A stretch of DNA of 63,547 bases, filler included, from Olpidium bornovanus S191 (GCA_017911155.1; 28 parts of 28 records of this genome joined end to end with filler, not necessarily neighbours in it); one strand, 5' to 3'; shown: positions 49,255-62,170, counted from the whole stretch's first letter. The notes: generated by a model from the letters alone, not told the origin. A program made the numbers and translations.

Positions 49255-50625
49255 TCAGAGGCGCTCGAAATTGACGATTACTGCTTCCGGCGCCACCAGG
49301 CCATTACCGACGTTGACGATGCCGTTGCGATGTTTGCTGTCGGACGGAAGGCTCACTTTGTATTGGCGGAGGAGGTGGGCCAGAACAACGCGTTGCCTGT
49401 TGCACGAATGACAAGAAATCAACGCGAGCAAATCAACCACTGCATATACCAAACCAAGACCTGACAGACCAGTGCGCCACTTCAGGCTCAAAAAAAAAGA
49501 AAAAAAAAAAAGCAAACCCACTCGATCAGTGCGAAGTTCTTCCCGGTACAAGCCCTGTTGCCGCCGCCGAAGGGCATCCAGGCCGTGTGTTGGGCATTGA
49601 CGGGCCCAGAGTCGAAGCGAACGCCAGAACTAGCGCCGTTCTTCTCCGACATCTCCACCCCCTCGTCAGCCTGTTCGGAAAATCGAGAAGGCTCGAACTC
49701 GAAAACGTTTTCGCCCCAGACTCGCGGGTCATGGTGAAAGCAGTACAAATTGGGCAAAAGGTAGGTGCCTTGCGGGATATGCTGGGAGCCGAGGTAGGCG
49801 CCTTCAGCTGGCGCACATACGCGCGCGCCTAAGCCGGTTACGGGGCCGTTGAGGCGGAGGCACTCCTGGGGCGTGACGGACGAAACGGTCAGGACCATAA
49901 CGTCCTCGAAGGCACCGGACCCGGAAAACGTCGCCATTGGCGGACAATCGTGCCGCCCGACGCCTTACCTTGATCGCGCACGTCATGTAAGTCATCCGCT
50001 TCTGCTCCTCAAACGTCGGCGTCGCATCCTTCGGTTTCCCTGCCATGATGGAATTGCACTCGTCGCGAATCTTTTCCTGCACTCCAAGATAGGCGGAAAG
50101 ATAGTACAGCATTGATGCTAGAGCTGCGCGGACAATGCGGAACGGTCGTAATTAGCCGTGGTGAATACGAAGCTGCGATTCTTCGGTCCAAGATTCACGT
50201 ACTGCTGGCGGTCGTTTCATGCCTTTCGTCGCCACGAACGTTGTCACGTAAACGGTTGCCAGTCTTACCGATCGACATGCCTTCGCCATTAGAAATGATG
50301 ATCGACCTGCTGCCAGGGAGGACTCACCCAGCGACGAAAAACAGCAGCAGATTATTCCTCAGCTCTTCGGGGGTGAGCGTCCCGTCCGCGTCGCAGGCGC
50401 GGATCATGAGAGCCAGCAAGTCGTTAGGTGGGCGCAACGCCTCGCCGGTGGATTTCTCCTGGAAAGCGTTCTCCTTCTGCTGCTTATCCCACGCGGCAAC
50501 CTGCAAGCGACGCTCGGTGATCACCTCGTACAGCTTCGCGTCCATCTCAGCGGTGCTCCGAATTAACGCCGTCTTTCGCCCGCGGATGTTGAGCTTGTCA
50601 TACCACGGAATCATTAAGGGCAGCT
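49255..50625 (-). CDS. Cytochrome P450, C-terminal half, multi-exon
   Basis: I-helix NLLLFFVAG, K-helix IK|ECLR (ExxR), HHDPRVWG...FEPSRF, and heme motif PFGGGNRACTG. Confidence 0.96.
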
Positions 50626-50880
50626 GGTTCTGCTCAGACGAGGATTGGCGCAAACGGTAAGCTCATGGCCGAAGGGCCGGACGAACTGTCGCTGGTTGTG
50701 CGCTCACAAGAGCGAACTGCAAATGAACAGACAATCAGATTTTGATTTGCAGTGTTGCCATTTCTGCGCAAAAGAGACAGNNNNNNNNNNNNNNNNNNNN
50801 NNNNNNNNNNNNNNNNNNNNNNNNTTAATTAATTAANNNNNNNNNNNNNNNNNNNNNNNNNNNNNNNNNNNNNNNNNNNN

Positions 50881-52332
50881 CATGATGAGTTACCCGGACG
50901 TAAGCCTGGGCGTGTCGTCGAAGGGAGACGAGACGGGCGGGTTGGGCGTTCCGAAGGAGCTCGAGGGAGGCGTCCCGGATCTGAGCCGAGCGGAAGGAGC
51001 GCCTCGGTTCGAAATTCCGAAGACGTACGGTATGATGCCTCTCGCCCGTTAGCGCGGGCGCGCGTCTCCGATTCGCCTTAATTTCAATGACACTAGGGGC
51101 CGGGAATTGTTAGTCGCGCTGAACGCCTCACGCTGCGCCCTCCATCCAAACTCCGCTCAGAGGACGCGAAAGCGGTAGACAAAGAGCTGAAGGACCTGAT
51201 CCAGGTGAACAACGCGCGGATTGCACTGTTAGAAAGAAAGAACAACGAGTACCGGTCTTCTCGGCTGCGATATGGTAAGGAAAGTGGTGTGCGGCCGCCA
51301 GTCTCATTTGCGCCAAAGGTACCCGAGGACCTCAAGTGCCTGCACCTCGGCTCGATCCAAACGTCCGCAGCGTCCGAAATGGCTCGATTCCAACGATCGC
51401 TGTCCGAGCCCACCTTCTCCACGGGTTCCCCGCAACGGAATGTCGCGTCTCAGCCCGAGGGCACCGAGCGGGCGCAATCTGAGGACGCAAGCGAGCATGC
51501 CCCTCGAAAAGACCTGAAACAATTGGAAGAGCAGGCGAAGGCGGCGGTCGAGAACATTCCTCCGGATCTGCCGCCGCAGGAGAGGATGATATACCCGACT
51601 TCTTTTCGAGAGAAGGTCCGTGCCAAGCACGCGCACCCGAACCTCGTCAACAGGTTCATGTACGACAAATCCGTCTTCGACGAGGAGGCCGGCGCCGCCG
51701 AAACCCGGTACCCGCCGCAACGCGGTACGACGCTCCATCACCAGCAGGAGCAGGCCGGAGGCGCGGCCGCCGCGTACCAGTGGTCAATCGGCGGTAAAAT
51801 AAAGCGGAGAGCCCGTCCTCAGACGCCCGGCGCGCCATTCGCGAAGGCGGTCCCGACGGCGGCGCCGGGGCCCAAGCAGCGCCCGCAATCCGCCGCCGCG
51901 CGGATCGAGTACACGGGGGCGGCGGGGCAGAAGCGCCCCTCGCAGCAGCGGACTGTTCTCGACGAGCGCGGCGGAATCGAACGGTTGGCGCTGACGCCCG
52001 CGCCGCCGCCGTGGGATCCGAGCGTGTTCTCGCCCACCGCGGCGACGACGAGGCTTCCGGGCTCCTCGTCGACTCAGGGCACCCGCGCACCGGTCTGGTC
52101 GCCGCACGGCGCGTCGTCCGCGCCGTCGACAAGACAGGCGTTTGCGCGCGCTGCGGCCGTGTACCTTCCCGGTTCGGCGGCCGGGTGGATGAGCAGACCG
52201 CGACAAACAGCAGCCGGCGCCGCCAAGAGGATCTACGGGCGATCCAACGCTGCGGCCTCTTCCTCCAGACCGGCCAGAGAAGCGGACTCCTCGATCGTCG
52301 TCAAAATCCACCAACCGGGCTTCGCCCGTTAG
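50881..52332 (+). CDS. Hypothetical protein (coiled-coil segment plus P/A/R-rich tail), 5' truncated
   Basis: 375-aa open frame at 51205-52332 with plausible upstream exons and a GTATGA donor near 51029. No family recognised. Confidence 0.5.
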
Positions 52333-53593
52333 ACCAAAACAACACACCACTTCGACGCACAACCAGCAACTCTGCATACGGGGGGTGGGGTTGTCATCGC
52401 CCGTCGTTGCTCGAAAGGCCCCTGAAAAGCATACGGGACGCGTGTCCCGCGATTTTCTGGCGGAAAACCGGGGCTTCCCGGGCGTTTTCCTTTTTTGTTT
52501 TTTTTTTATGTATGATCACTGACGGGCGCGTACGACCGTGTCTACGGTCTCCAAGCGCGCGGCGCACTTTTGCGGGCAGAAACCGCGGGAGGTGTGCAGC
52601 AAAGGAAGACGGGGTGAGGGGGGGTTTGCGGTTGTTTTTTTTTTTTTTTTTTTCCCTTCTTCCTTTTCCTTCCGCAGCAAGGGGGGGAGGCCCGGCGACG
52701 CGAATGCGCATAAGCGGACGAAAAAAAGTGACTGCCGCGTTCTTGCCCGGCCCGAGGGGAAACCCGTCCCCGCACAACAACAAACCCCCCCTTTTAAGAC
52801 GGACGGAAAATGGCTGGGCAAAATAAAAATAAAAATAAAAATAAAAATAAAAATAAAAAGCCAGCGGCGAGTTGGGCGCAGGAAGCCAACCGGAGCAGCG
52901 GTCCAACTCAAGGGCCTCCTGCTCCGGGAGGGCAGCAGCTCCGTTCTCCGCCTCCGCGCGGACGCTCGGTTTGCGCGCGCGCGCGGCCGGCAGATCGAAA
53001 CCCGCCGCCGGCGCTCCGCGCCCATCTCTCTCCTCCTCCTCCTCCTTCTCAGACCCTTCCCTTCTCTCCGCTCGAGAGAGTAGTGAATCTGGGAATTCTA
53101 TCACGCAGCCACGCTTACCGCGCGCAGCGCGCTCGCTCTCTCCGCCTGCGCGTATAAACTACACACTGGCTGCAAAATCAAAAAAAAATTCACAGAGAAC
53201 AACGGTCACCATTCGCTATCAGCACAACGGACGGCGCTTCCCCTCCGAGGGGGGGGCGCCGATTCCGTCTGAGTGTCGAATAGATAGTAGGCGACCGACA
53301 GCTTTTGCTGCACTGCGGTCGAAACGTTAGAGCGCCGAAAGCCCGTTTTATTTTAGTTTTTATTTTTATTTATTTTTTTTTTTTTTTGCGGACATAAGGG
53401 CTGTCGTAATTTTATACGCTTGGAACTGGCATAAGAGACGGCCACGATTGGAGGTGATCTGCAAGGCTACGCAATTGTCGATGACGAGCGAAGNNNNNNN
53501 NNNNNNNNNNNNNNNNNNNNNNNNNNNNNNNNNNNNNTTAATTAATTAANNNNNNNNNNNNNNNNNNNNNNNNNNNNNNNNNNNNNNNNNNNN

Positions 53594-55195
53594 CCACGCG
53601 CAGGTGACGTCGGGCTTGGAGGACTTTTTGTTGCTATCAGCGACAGCGACGAGAGCGTTCGACTCGGTGGATTTGCCGGGCTTTCGGACCAAATCCAGAC
53701 TGAGTGCGCAAGTCTGCGCAGCGTGAAGCGTAGCCGTATTGGCTGGATTCGACCGGAGCGCGAACTGGATGTCGTAGTTGAGGCCTCCGATGTACTGTAG
53801 GATCCACATCCGCTCGGGGATGTCCAGCAGTAGCATCTTCAAGTTATTGAAAGCTTCGTTGTACTTGATGACGGAGCCGCCCGACGACTTCTGGGAGAGG
53901 TTCTTAAGCTCCTGACGGAGCGGGACATCGTGATTTTGGGGCAGAAATTCGTCGCGGAACTCGGACATCAGCTCCGCCCACGTAGTGATCGGCGCGACTT
54001 TGCCTGCGTGAACATCAGCGCGAAGGCGAAGCCAGAACGTTGCTGCCGAATTAGTGAACTTCGTCGATGTCACCGCGATCTTCTCGGACTCGGAGAGGCC
54101 GGAGAGCTCGAAGAATGTTTCGCACTTGTACTCGAAGTCGAGAATTTGGGCTTCGGTGGTGCTGATGCCGGAGAACTTGGGGATATTGGCGAGAAGTCCC
54201 TTGAGAACGTCTTTATTGACGCTTGAACGAAACTGATTGTCATCAGGCTGCTGATTATGCGCACCCGAAGGCGCATAAATGGGGCAACGAGGGTTGTACT
54301 CAGCATGACCGGCACCCGGTTCACCCAGACCAAGCGGCGGGGCTCTGCCAAAGCCAACAGCAAAGCCGCCTGTGTCCCCATGAGGGCTCTGGCGACGATG
54401 ACCGAGTTGCGAGAGTATTCCCGATGCGTCGTCACGGGCGAGATCGGCTTTAGCGGCTTCATCGATGTCGACTGCGCGGATCTCGTCGTTCTCCCAGCCT
54501 GCGGGGTAAGTGGGCGCTTGATGTTGACGTGGAACGGCAGGCTGCAGATGGTTGGCGGGAGGAACGAGGCGAGCAGGGGGATTAAGCGGCCCATGAACTT
54601 GCTGCGCAGCTTCGAGAGCTGCGAGGCGTTCCATAAGTGCTTGGATCTGCGCGGCACTCTCCTGTTTCTGAGCCTCGTTGGCCTGCTGCTGCGCCTCGAG
54701 GGCTGCCTGGTGCTGGCGTTCCAAGCAGTCTTGTTCGTACTCGTAGCGCCGTTGGACGTAGGCGAGTGCTGCATTATGCTGATGGCATTCGAGGTCAGCG
54801 GCGGCCTCTGGAGCCGGTAAGAAACCCCCTACGACGTGTTTTTCGTCGTCGAAAACTTCACTGCCGGCCGTGGAAGCCTCCGCGGGCTTGGTAGCGATGG
54901 TTTCCAAGGTGGGAACGGTGAGGACAGCGCTAGCGTTGCTGCCGGTGGCCTTGTTGTTGGCATTGTCGCCGCGTTTTGCCGCTTGGTGTGCTGCGCGTTG
55001 TCCTCGTTCGGTTTCCGGCTTTTCGGCATGAATGCTGCTTCCCGGAGCCGTGAACGTCGGTACCACAGGCGGAGGAGGCCTTTGTTTCTTGCCTGGCGGC
55101 AGCGTACGGCTGGTCATGGCTGCTGAGATCGGTTTTATGCGCTGTGCTGGTCCATGCGCGGCGCCGAACAGCGGTAGTTCTCTCTCGGTGGTCAC
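53594..55195 (-). mobile_element. LTR-retrotransposon Gag (Retrotrans_gag-like capsid), truncated just at the zinc knuckle
   Basis: IPKFSG...ILDFEYKCETFF...EKIAVTSTKFTNSAATFW...TTWAELMSEFRDEFLPQN...LRQELKNLSQ...SVIKYNEAFNNL...YIGGLNYDIQ...DVTCAW. Confidence 0.9.
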
Positions 55196-55929
55196 CCGCT
55201 ACTCTCCTTGCTTCAGCAGGTTCTCCCTCGTCGGGAGGTGCTCTGACGATGTCGAAATCGGCGTGTTTGATATGGAAGCGGTGGAGACGATGGTTCANNN
55301 NNNNNNNNNNNNNNNNNNNNNNNNNNNNNNNNNNNNNNNNNTTAATTAATTAANNNNNNNNNNNNNNNNNNNNNNNNNNNNNNNNNNNNNNNNNNNNCAT
55401 GCAAACTTCCTTCTTCAGCTGCAGCCGCGGCACCATCGCGCTGTGGAAGAATTTCTACTATGGCGCGCGGAACGAGTGGTGTACTGCGGGAGAATGGATG
55501 ACGGGGCGTTACCGAGGAAGCGAGCATATTCGACGAATTAGCAAGGAGGCGGGGCGAAATACTGACGAGGGAGCCGCTGGGGGGGGCAGGGAGTGACGTG
55601 GCGGACACGCTGCGCAATTAAACGCGTCCGGGAGTCGGGGGGAAGGCACGTTGGGAAGCCGAGAAGAACCCACACTCCGTTTCATAGAATAGACGTAGAC
55701 TTCGCCACCCGAACAAACTAAACGAAGACGAAAAGGACAACGGAAAACGATGTTCAGAAACAGGAAGTAACAGTTCGTAAGCAAAACGGGTTAACGGGAA
55801 GCTGAAAGAGAACATGCTTTGGGAGTTCGGAACTGTCAGTCCCCCAATGCTGCATCCGTAGGAAAGAAAGAAATGGAAACTATGAAAAATAATTTGGACT
55901 TGCCACGTGCGATTTCCACCGGTCTTCCT

Positions 55930-56175
55930 TCACGTGACTTCATTGCCCGATGCCCTCGCCTCGCTCGGCTTCTTGCTTGGCAGATGCGTGTGGTGAGGGA
56001 GACGAGGAGTGTCAGGCGCGGGGACGGGGTGGCGTCCCAGGTGGTCGCAGAAGGCGCGGAAGGCTGGGTTCGGCAGCCCTTTTGTGAAGCCATCCGCTAA
56101 GTTCTCTGCTGAAGGTGTGGATTTGACTGTTATTCTGTTCACTGCGACACAGTCCCGGACCTAGAGGTGCCTTAT
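55930..56175 (-). mobile_element. Ty1/copia pol C-terminus (RNase H end), inactivated
   Basis: IRHL*VRDCVAVNRITVKSTPSAENLADGFTKGLPNPAFRAFCDHLG resembles the copia HIDIRYHFVRE..I.V.YI.S..NLADIFTK.L motif and has an in-frame stop. Confidence 0.85.
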
Positions 56176-56565
56176 TGTCACGGCGCGCCCGCTACGGTGG
56201 CGTCAACCCCCCCAGGCCGCGTCAAGCCTCTCGTGGGAGCGCCCGCCGGGTAACGGTCACGTGATCCAGAAATCGCCGGTACCACTAGACACACCAGTGT
56301 GTCTAGTCGCGACATCACGTGACCTCCAGACCAAGACCAAGACCAAGACGGGCTGGCAACCGCAGTGTGGTGGGCTCACCAGTGTGGTGGCACCCGAGCC
56401 ATAATATCGGCGAATTCCCACCACGCTGTGGACCCCGGAGTATTTTCCGAGCCCGCGGTGAATTTCCACCACGCCCCCGTAGAATTTCCGAGCCTAACGC
56501 CAGTGCCGGAGCCGCAATACTGGATATTGCGCTCCACGTATGGCGGGCCAGATATTGCGCACGAG
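56176..56565 (+). mobile_element. Probable LTR of a second element inserted into the copia RNase H
   Basis: Begins TGTCACGG exactly where copia homology stops; contains an internal hairpin and short repeats. Confidence 0.5.
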
Positions 56566-57917
56566 NNNNNNNNNNNNNNNNNNNNNNNNNNNNNNNNNNN
56601 NNNNNNNNNTTAATTAATTAANNNNNNNNNNNNNNNNNNNNNNNNNNNNNNNNNNNNNNNNNNNNGCATGGGCGGCGGCGGCATCGGAAGTGAGATACAT
56701 TTTGCAGATGCTTTTGGCGTTTCGTCACATTCGTTTCCTACCGTGTTTGATCGGCTCGCTCGCTAATGTGACTGTACCGCCCACGGCAGATCGCGGGGGG
56801 AGACGCGGCGGCGGCGGAGGCGGCCGCCGCTGGTAGGAAATGACGCCCCGGCGAACGAGTCTTTTAACCCGCAGAATTCAGGTGCATTGCCACTTTCTTC
56901 TGCGTTTTACTCCTTGCTTTTTTGTCTTGTTCGCACCTGGTTTCCTCCCCCGCCGTTTTCCCGGATTTCACCATATCGGATCTGGGCGAAATCTAACTTT
57001 GCGAAAAAACGAAAGCGAGTCAAAATGAAATTATTCACGAGGAGGAAACGGTGGGGGGGTGGGGGGGGGGGGGAGATTTACCTATGCCGGCAATTTTTTT
57101 TTTGAGAAAACTCCGCTCTCTGGACCCTTGCGTGCGCGAATTCCTTCCCCACCCACCACCCGCCCCTTTTTCCTCCCCCAACCCCAGCCCATACGACACA
57201 TACGGCAGCACCCCCAATCGCCCCTCTCCGCCTCTTCCCCCCCATCCTCTTCGCCTGTTGAATTCGGGTTTGAAGAGGAGCTCCAAAGAGCTTCTGTATT
57301 CCGCCGATCTACCCGGTTTTATGTAGAGGGATTCAGGGGGAAAACTCGGGGCCGGTGCGCGCAGTGCTACTGTAGCTCAATTACCCTTTTATTCCTAACA
57401 TTTCCCCCCGCCCCGCCTTTTCGCTGGTCCAAAACTGCGACCTTACAAAGTAAAATACACTTGACGGTGTTTCAAATGGGCTTATCGTTGTCACCAGAGT
57501 CTTCCCACCCCCCCCTTTTTTCCTCAGCCCCTCCTCAGCCGCGCGCTCAGGCCCATTGTCGCTTGTCACCGGATCCACCCTCCCCAGCCCGCCCGCCAGA
57601 TCCGACCAAGGAAATTGGCCCCCCTCTCTCCCGCCCGCCCGCCCTTCCCTCTGTTAGAGCTGAGCCGAAGGGCGCTGGAGAGGAAGGAGAGCTTTATTCT
57701 GTATTCGGGGCGTTTGTTTACTAGTTTCCTCTGACCCTATTTTATATGACGGGGAAGTAGAAACTCTACGGTGCACGACACTTAAAGCCAACTACCCCCC
57801 CAAAAAAGCGGCCAAATTTCAAAAAAAAAAAATTTCAAAAAAAAGCTAGAAGACTCCCGTAGAACGCGTCCAGTAACTGCCTCCTCCAAAGAGGCAAGCA
57901 AAGCCCCTTGAACGCGC

Positions 57918-58936
57918 TTGACAAGCAAAAAAAAAAAAACGCGAAATGGCACGCTGATTTCCAGTAGTGAGTCTCATGCAACCTGGCTACCAGTGGACGA
58001 AGAGGATAAGGAAGAGGAAGAGGAAAAGGAAGAGGAAAATGAAGAGGAAGAGGAAGAGGAAGAGGAAGAACATATTTTTTCAGAGAACGAAGACAACGCA
58101 GCCGAGGAGGTCAACAAAAACAGCAGTGCAACTGAGCTTGATGCTGTCATGGAGAGACTTGAGCACTTGTCAGACGTTGAAAGTTCACGGCGGCCGTTGC
58201 GTTACGTCGGAAACTCTGAGCGCACAAAGCGACGACGGAAAGCGGAGCAAGCAGTGGCTGCTAAAGGAACAAAGCAACTCACGGAGTATTGGGCGCCTGT
58301 CAGTAGAGCTGCTGAACACGAAGAAGTTTCAGATTCTTCTGCAGACACCGACAGTGAAGACGACGAACAGCTTGAGATGGCAGTACGTGCGCTGCAAGAG
58401 ACGGTGCGGAAAGCAACAAAAAAGCCTGTCGTTGCAGACTACGTCCATGTCGCAGCGCTTCTCTCGTATTTTAGGCTGATGAAAAATGGGAAAATGCGCA
58501 TGTTTGCCAGTAGCTTTGTTGCCGAAGCTTCCGGCAAGGGGCCATACTTTGCACGCACCTTGCGGGCTTGGGCACAAAGCTATCTTCAGGACCGAACGCT
58601 ATCCACTTCGCACCGTGGAAGGCATGCAAAACGATGGAGCTTTATGTGGGATGAGGACATTGTCATGCTGCTTACCTTATATCTTCGAGAGAACAAATTT
58701 CGGGTGGATGTCACAAAGCTCACTAATCATGTCAACAGTGCAATACTTCCGACGCTTGGTTTTTGTCCGTCGCCAACAATTTCAAGTCGAACAACAATGC
58801 GATGGTTGAAAGCGTTGGGATTGACGTACCGGGAGGTCAGAAAGGGACTGTACATTGATGGCCACGAGCGACCTGACGTTGTTGCTTATTGGGAGGAGTT
58901 TCTGGAGAGAATGGCTGTCTACGAGGAGCGGATGCC
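57918..58936 (+). mobile_element. DDE transposase, N-terminal part ('KGLYIDGHERPDVV' fungal family, probably IS630/Tc1/mariner-related), truncated
   Basis: YVGNSERTKRRR; GKGPYFARTLRAWAQSY...HRGRHAK; HTH-like ISSRTTMRWLKALGLTY; KGLYIDGHERPDVVAYWEEFLERM. These motifs are typical of fungal DNA transposases; the superfamily assignment is from memory. Confidence 0.8.
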
Positions 58937-59037
58937 NNNNNNNNNNNNNNNNNNNNNNNNNNNNNNNNNNNNNNNNNNNNTTAATTAATTAANNNNNNNN
59001 NNNNNNNNNNNNNNNNNNNNNNNNNNNNNNNNNNNNC

Positions 59038-59334
59038 GGATTCATCGGGCGCAATCTGTTCCACTGCATCGCCGAGACGCACGTCCTGCACCACTACGTC
59101 AGCACCATCCCCTTCTACCACGCCGAAGAGGCGTCCGCCGCCATCAGGGCAGTCATGGGCAAGCATTACCGCGCGGCTCCCGGTCGGGGGATGCTGCCGT
59201 TCATCTCGTCGTTGTACCACGTATTACGCACGTGCCAGTGGGTGGAGCCGAGCGAGGGCGCCAAGGGGCCCGGCAAGGGCGTGTTGTTTTTCCGGAACAA
59301 GAACGGCTTGGGGACGCCGCCGGCGAAATGGTGA
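59038..59334 (+). CDS. FAD2: Delta-12 (omega-6) fatty acid desaturase, C-terminus (not listed in the ORF track)
   Basis: GFIGRNLFHCIAETHVLHHYVSTIPFYHAEEASAAIRAVMGKHY...CQWVEPSEGAKGPGKGVLFFRNKNGLGTPPAKW*; contains the third His box HVLHH. Confidence 0.93.
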   Translation, partial: GFIGRNLFHCIAETHVLHHYVSTIPFYHAEEASAAIRAVMGKHYRAAPGRGMLPFISSLYHVLRTCQWVEPSEGAKGPGKGVLFFRNKNGLGTPPAKW

Positions 59335-60654
59335 CAAGCAGGTTCGCCGTCGGCGAGAGTTCGCGGGAAAGAGTACTGGCGCGAGCGCCGCAGAGCAGCT
59401 CATTTGTTTTGGGGAAGAGAATTTTTACAACGAAAGAAGCAAAGTAATTTACAAACGAGAGAGAGAAAGAGAGACACAGAGACAGAGAGACAGAGAGAGA
59501 GAATCGCGATATTCACATAAAGCGAAACACAGTTGTAAAAAAAATAAACACAGATACCAAAGAGAGGCCATGAGGCACACTTATTTCGCGTGGTCAACCG
59601 CGCACAGAAAAACCCGCATTATCTGCGTCGCCTGCAAGCCCCTTCCACTTTCCCTTCCCCAGACGTGCACCTCGTTCGCGACGAGGTCGGCTCTCGCGAC
59701 CGGGATAGGCAGTATACCGCCGTCGTCGGCATCCAAGGGCGGGGAAGGCCAACAGCGCCGCGGGGGGGGGGTGGTGGAGCGGCCCGTTTGCTTCAGGCGG
59801 CGGCGTGAGCGGAGGAGGTGGGGGAAGCGAAGGCGAAAGGCCAAAAAGACGCGGTCGGAACGGCGCGACAGGGGAAAACGAGGCGGAACGAGGCGGCCTT
59901 TTGTGTTTGGTTAATTTTTTTTTTTTTTTTGCGAACGATCACCGGCGGGCGCGCGCGCGCGCAGCGCGTTTACGGAAAAAGGAGAGGCGGCGGCCGGGAG
60001 GGCGAACGGCCGACAAAAAGAGCGAAACGTTGGAGGCCCGGAGCCGCGGTAGCTGAATAACGAGTTGTTTTTTTTTTTTTTTTTTTTTGCAAGGACTCAA
60101 GGCGAAAACAACGAAACCGACGAGGGTGGGGAAGGAGGTAAGGGGAGGGGAAAGGGGGTTGTCGCGACGGGGAACGGGGAGGAAGGGGACGATGGTGAAG
60201 GGGGGGGGGCCGCGACAACAGAGCTCACAATAAAACACAGCAATAAAACGGACTTTTTTATTTTTTTATTCTTTTTTTTTTGCGCGGCGGATCTTTTTTA
60301 TCGCCAGCGGCGCGGTGTGTGTGTGTGTGTGTTTTTTTTTTTTCTTTTCTTTTCTTTTCTTTTTGACGTCTGCGGGAAACCCTCACCCCCTCCCCTCACC
60401 CCTTGACAGGGAGATATCAGGATCATTCAGGACCGGCGGACGCGCCAGGGCCCGTCGGGCGGGGCCTCCCGACTTCCCCCCCCCCCCCCCCCCCAAACGC
60501 NNNNNNNNNNNNNNNNNNNNNNNNNNNNNNNNNNNNNNNNNNNNTTAATTAATTAANNNNNNNNNNNNNNNNNNNNNNNNNNNNNNNNNNNNNNNNNNNN
60601 ACGGTTGTCATAGCGTGAACAGATCGTGGGACAATAAGAGTAATGAGAGTGAGA

Positions 60655-61945
60655 ACGCACTTAACGCAGAACCAATTTGCCGAGCGAATTTCCGGGCTTG
60701 CCGCTCCTTCAGCCTGCCATGGCGGATGATGTAATCAAGCATATGGCCCCCGTCGACGTACTCCATGAAAATGTAGTGACGATCTGGTTGGGAGATCACC
60801 TCACGTAGGGACACTATATGAGGGTGGCGAAGCAGGCCCATGATAGCCGCCTCTCGAAAAACGCGCACTTCTTTAGTCCGACAAGCAGGACTTGAGTTCA
60901 GCTGCGAGAAGTTTTTCGATACTGTGGGTCTTGAAATAATCTTCACAGCCAGCTTGAACGACAAGATGTATCAGAAGACGACAATTTAGTGGCAACATGA
61001 TTTCAAAGACATATAGGGAAGGGAACCACTTTACTGTCGTCATACCATTTCATCCGTACACAGATTGGTCGCTAGTTTAACCTTTCCCATGCTTCCGGTT
61101 CCCAATGTTTTCCCCAACCTGTAATTTCCAACGATCACGCGTCTGGGCGCATGGCTAGAGGACGGTTGCGCAGAACCCTCCGGAGTGTCTAGCCGCGCCC
61201 GCGGGCTTATCTCGTTCTGACCGGGGGTTTTCTCCGCTGCAACCGTATCCTCGCCTTGCGACAAGAAAGTGGTAACGGTCGCGTTCGCCGCGACGGTTTC
61301 TAAGACCGATTTCTTCTCCGTCGCGTGGGCGAGCTCCTCAGTATCCTCAGCATCGTCGGCGACTACTTCCCCAAGCTTCCCCGACCTAAACGTGGCCGCT
61401 ACGCCACAGTCGTAGTCCGTACGGGATTCCAAGAATGGCGCGCTCGCGAGCGCCAAGGCCGGGTCAAAGGGATCGTCGTTGGTGAGCGTCAGGTCGGACC
61501 GCACTGTCGAAGAAGTATCGACGGACGTCGTTGGAGACGCGGGCAGAGCTGTCGTTGGAGACGCGGGCAGAGCTGCCGCCGCCCAACTGTTTCGCCTGAT
61601 GGAGGATATCGCGAGTTGCAACGATCTCGGGCGCGGCGGTGGCTGGCGCTGCAGTTCGATGCACGGTCTTCCTTCGTCAATTACGCGGCCACCGCCACAG
61701 TCGCGACCGTTTGATGGCGCAGACGGATCGTGGCTTGCCAGCGGAACACCGACCGCGCTGCGCAAGTCCAGCGGCCCTGTTACGGCGGGCTCGATGTCTG
61801 GGGCAGAGGCTGGAACCTCTGCCACCCCGACAACGTGGGAGGGGCGGCCTGAATCGACTCCTTTCCCCACTGCAGCGTGACGAGTCTCCTGCCGAGGTGC
61901 CGGAGGCGCGTCCCGGGTTCGGTGCCAGCACGCCGGGTCGAGCAT
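60655..61945 (-). CDS. KIN1: Kin1/Kin2 (MARK/PAR-1 family) Ser/Thr kinase, N-terminal part
   Basis: IVGNYRLGKTLGTGSMGKVKLA; AVKII...KEVRVFREAAIMGLLRHPHIVSL...MEYVDGGHMLDYIIRHGRLKERQARKFARQIGSAL. Confidence 0.88.
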
Positions 61946-62119
61946 CGCAGTGCCACTCTGGTCGTGGCGCGAGAGGATCGTCGAAGCGCCGCTCGCCGAC
62001 CGGCGGGCACCGGCTATCCGAGAAACTCTCGAACCCGGCAAATGATCGGCGGCGGCGGCGGCGACGGCGTGTTGGCGCGCACGTTCGAATGGCGAAGAAG
62101 TGGCGGGACTGGGGCGGGG

Positions 62120-62170
<51 letters not shown>

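Noticed and set aside
58981-59220. 79-aa minus-strand ORF
   Set aside because: It is antisense to the delta-12 desaturase frame.
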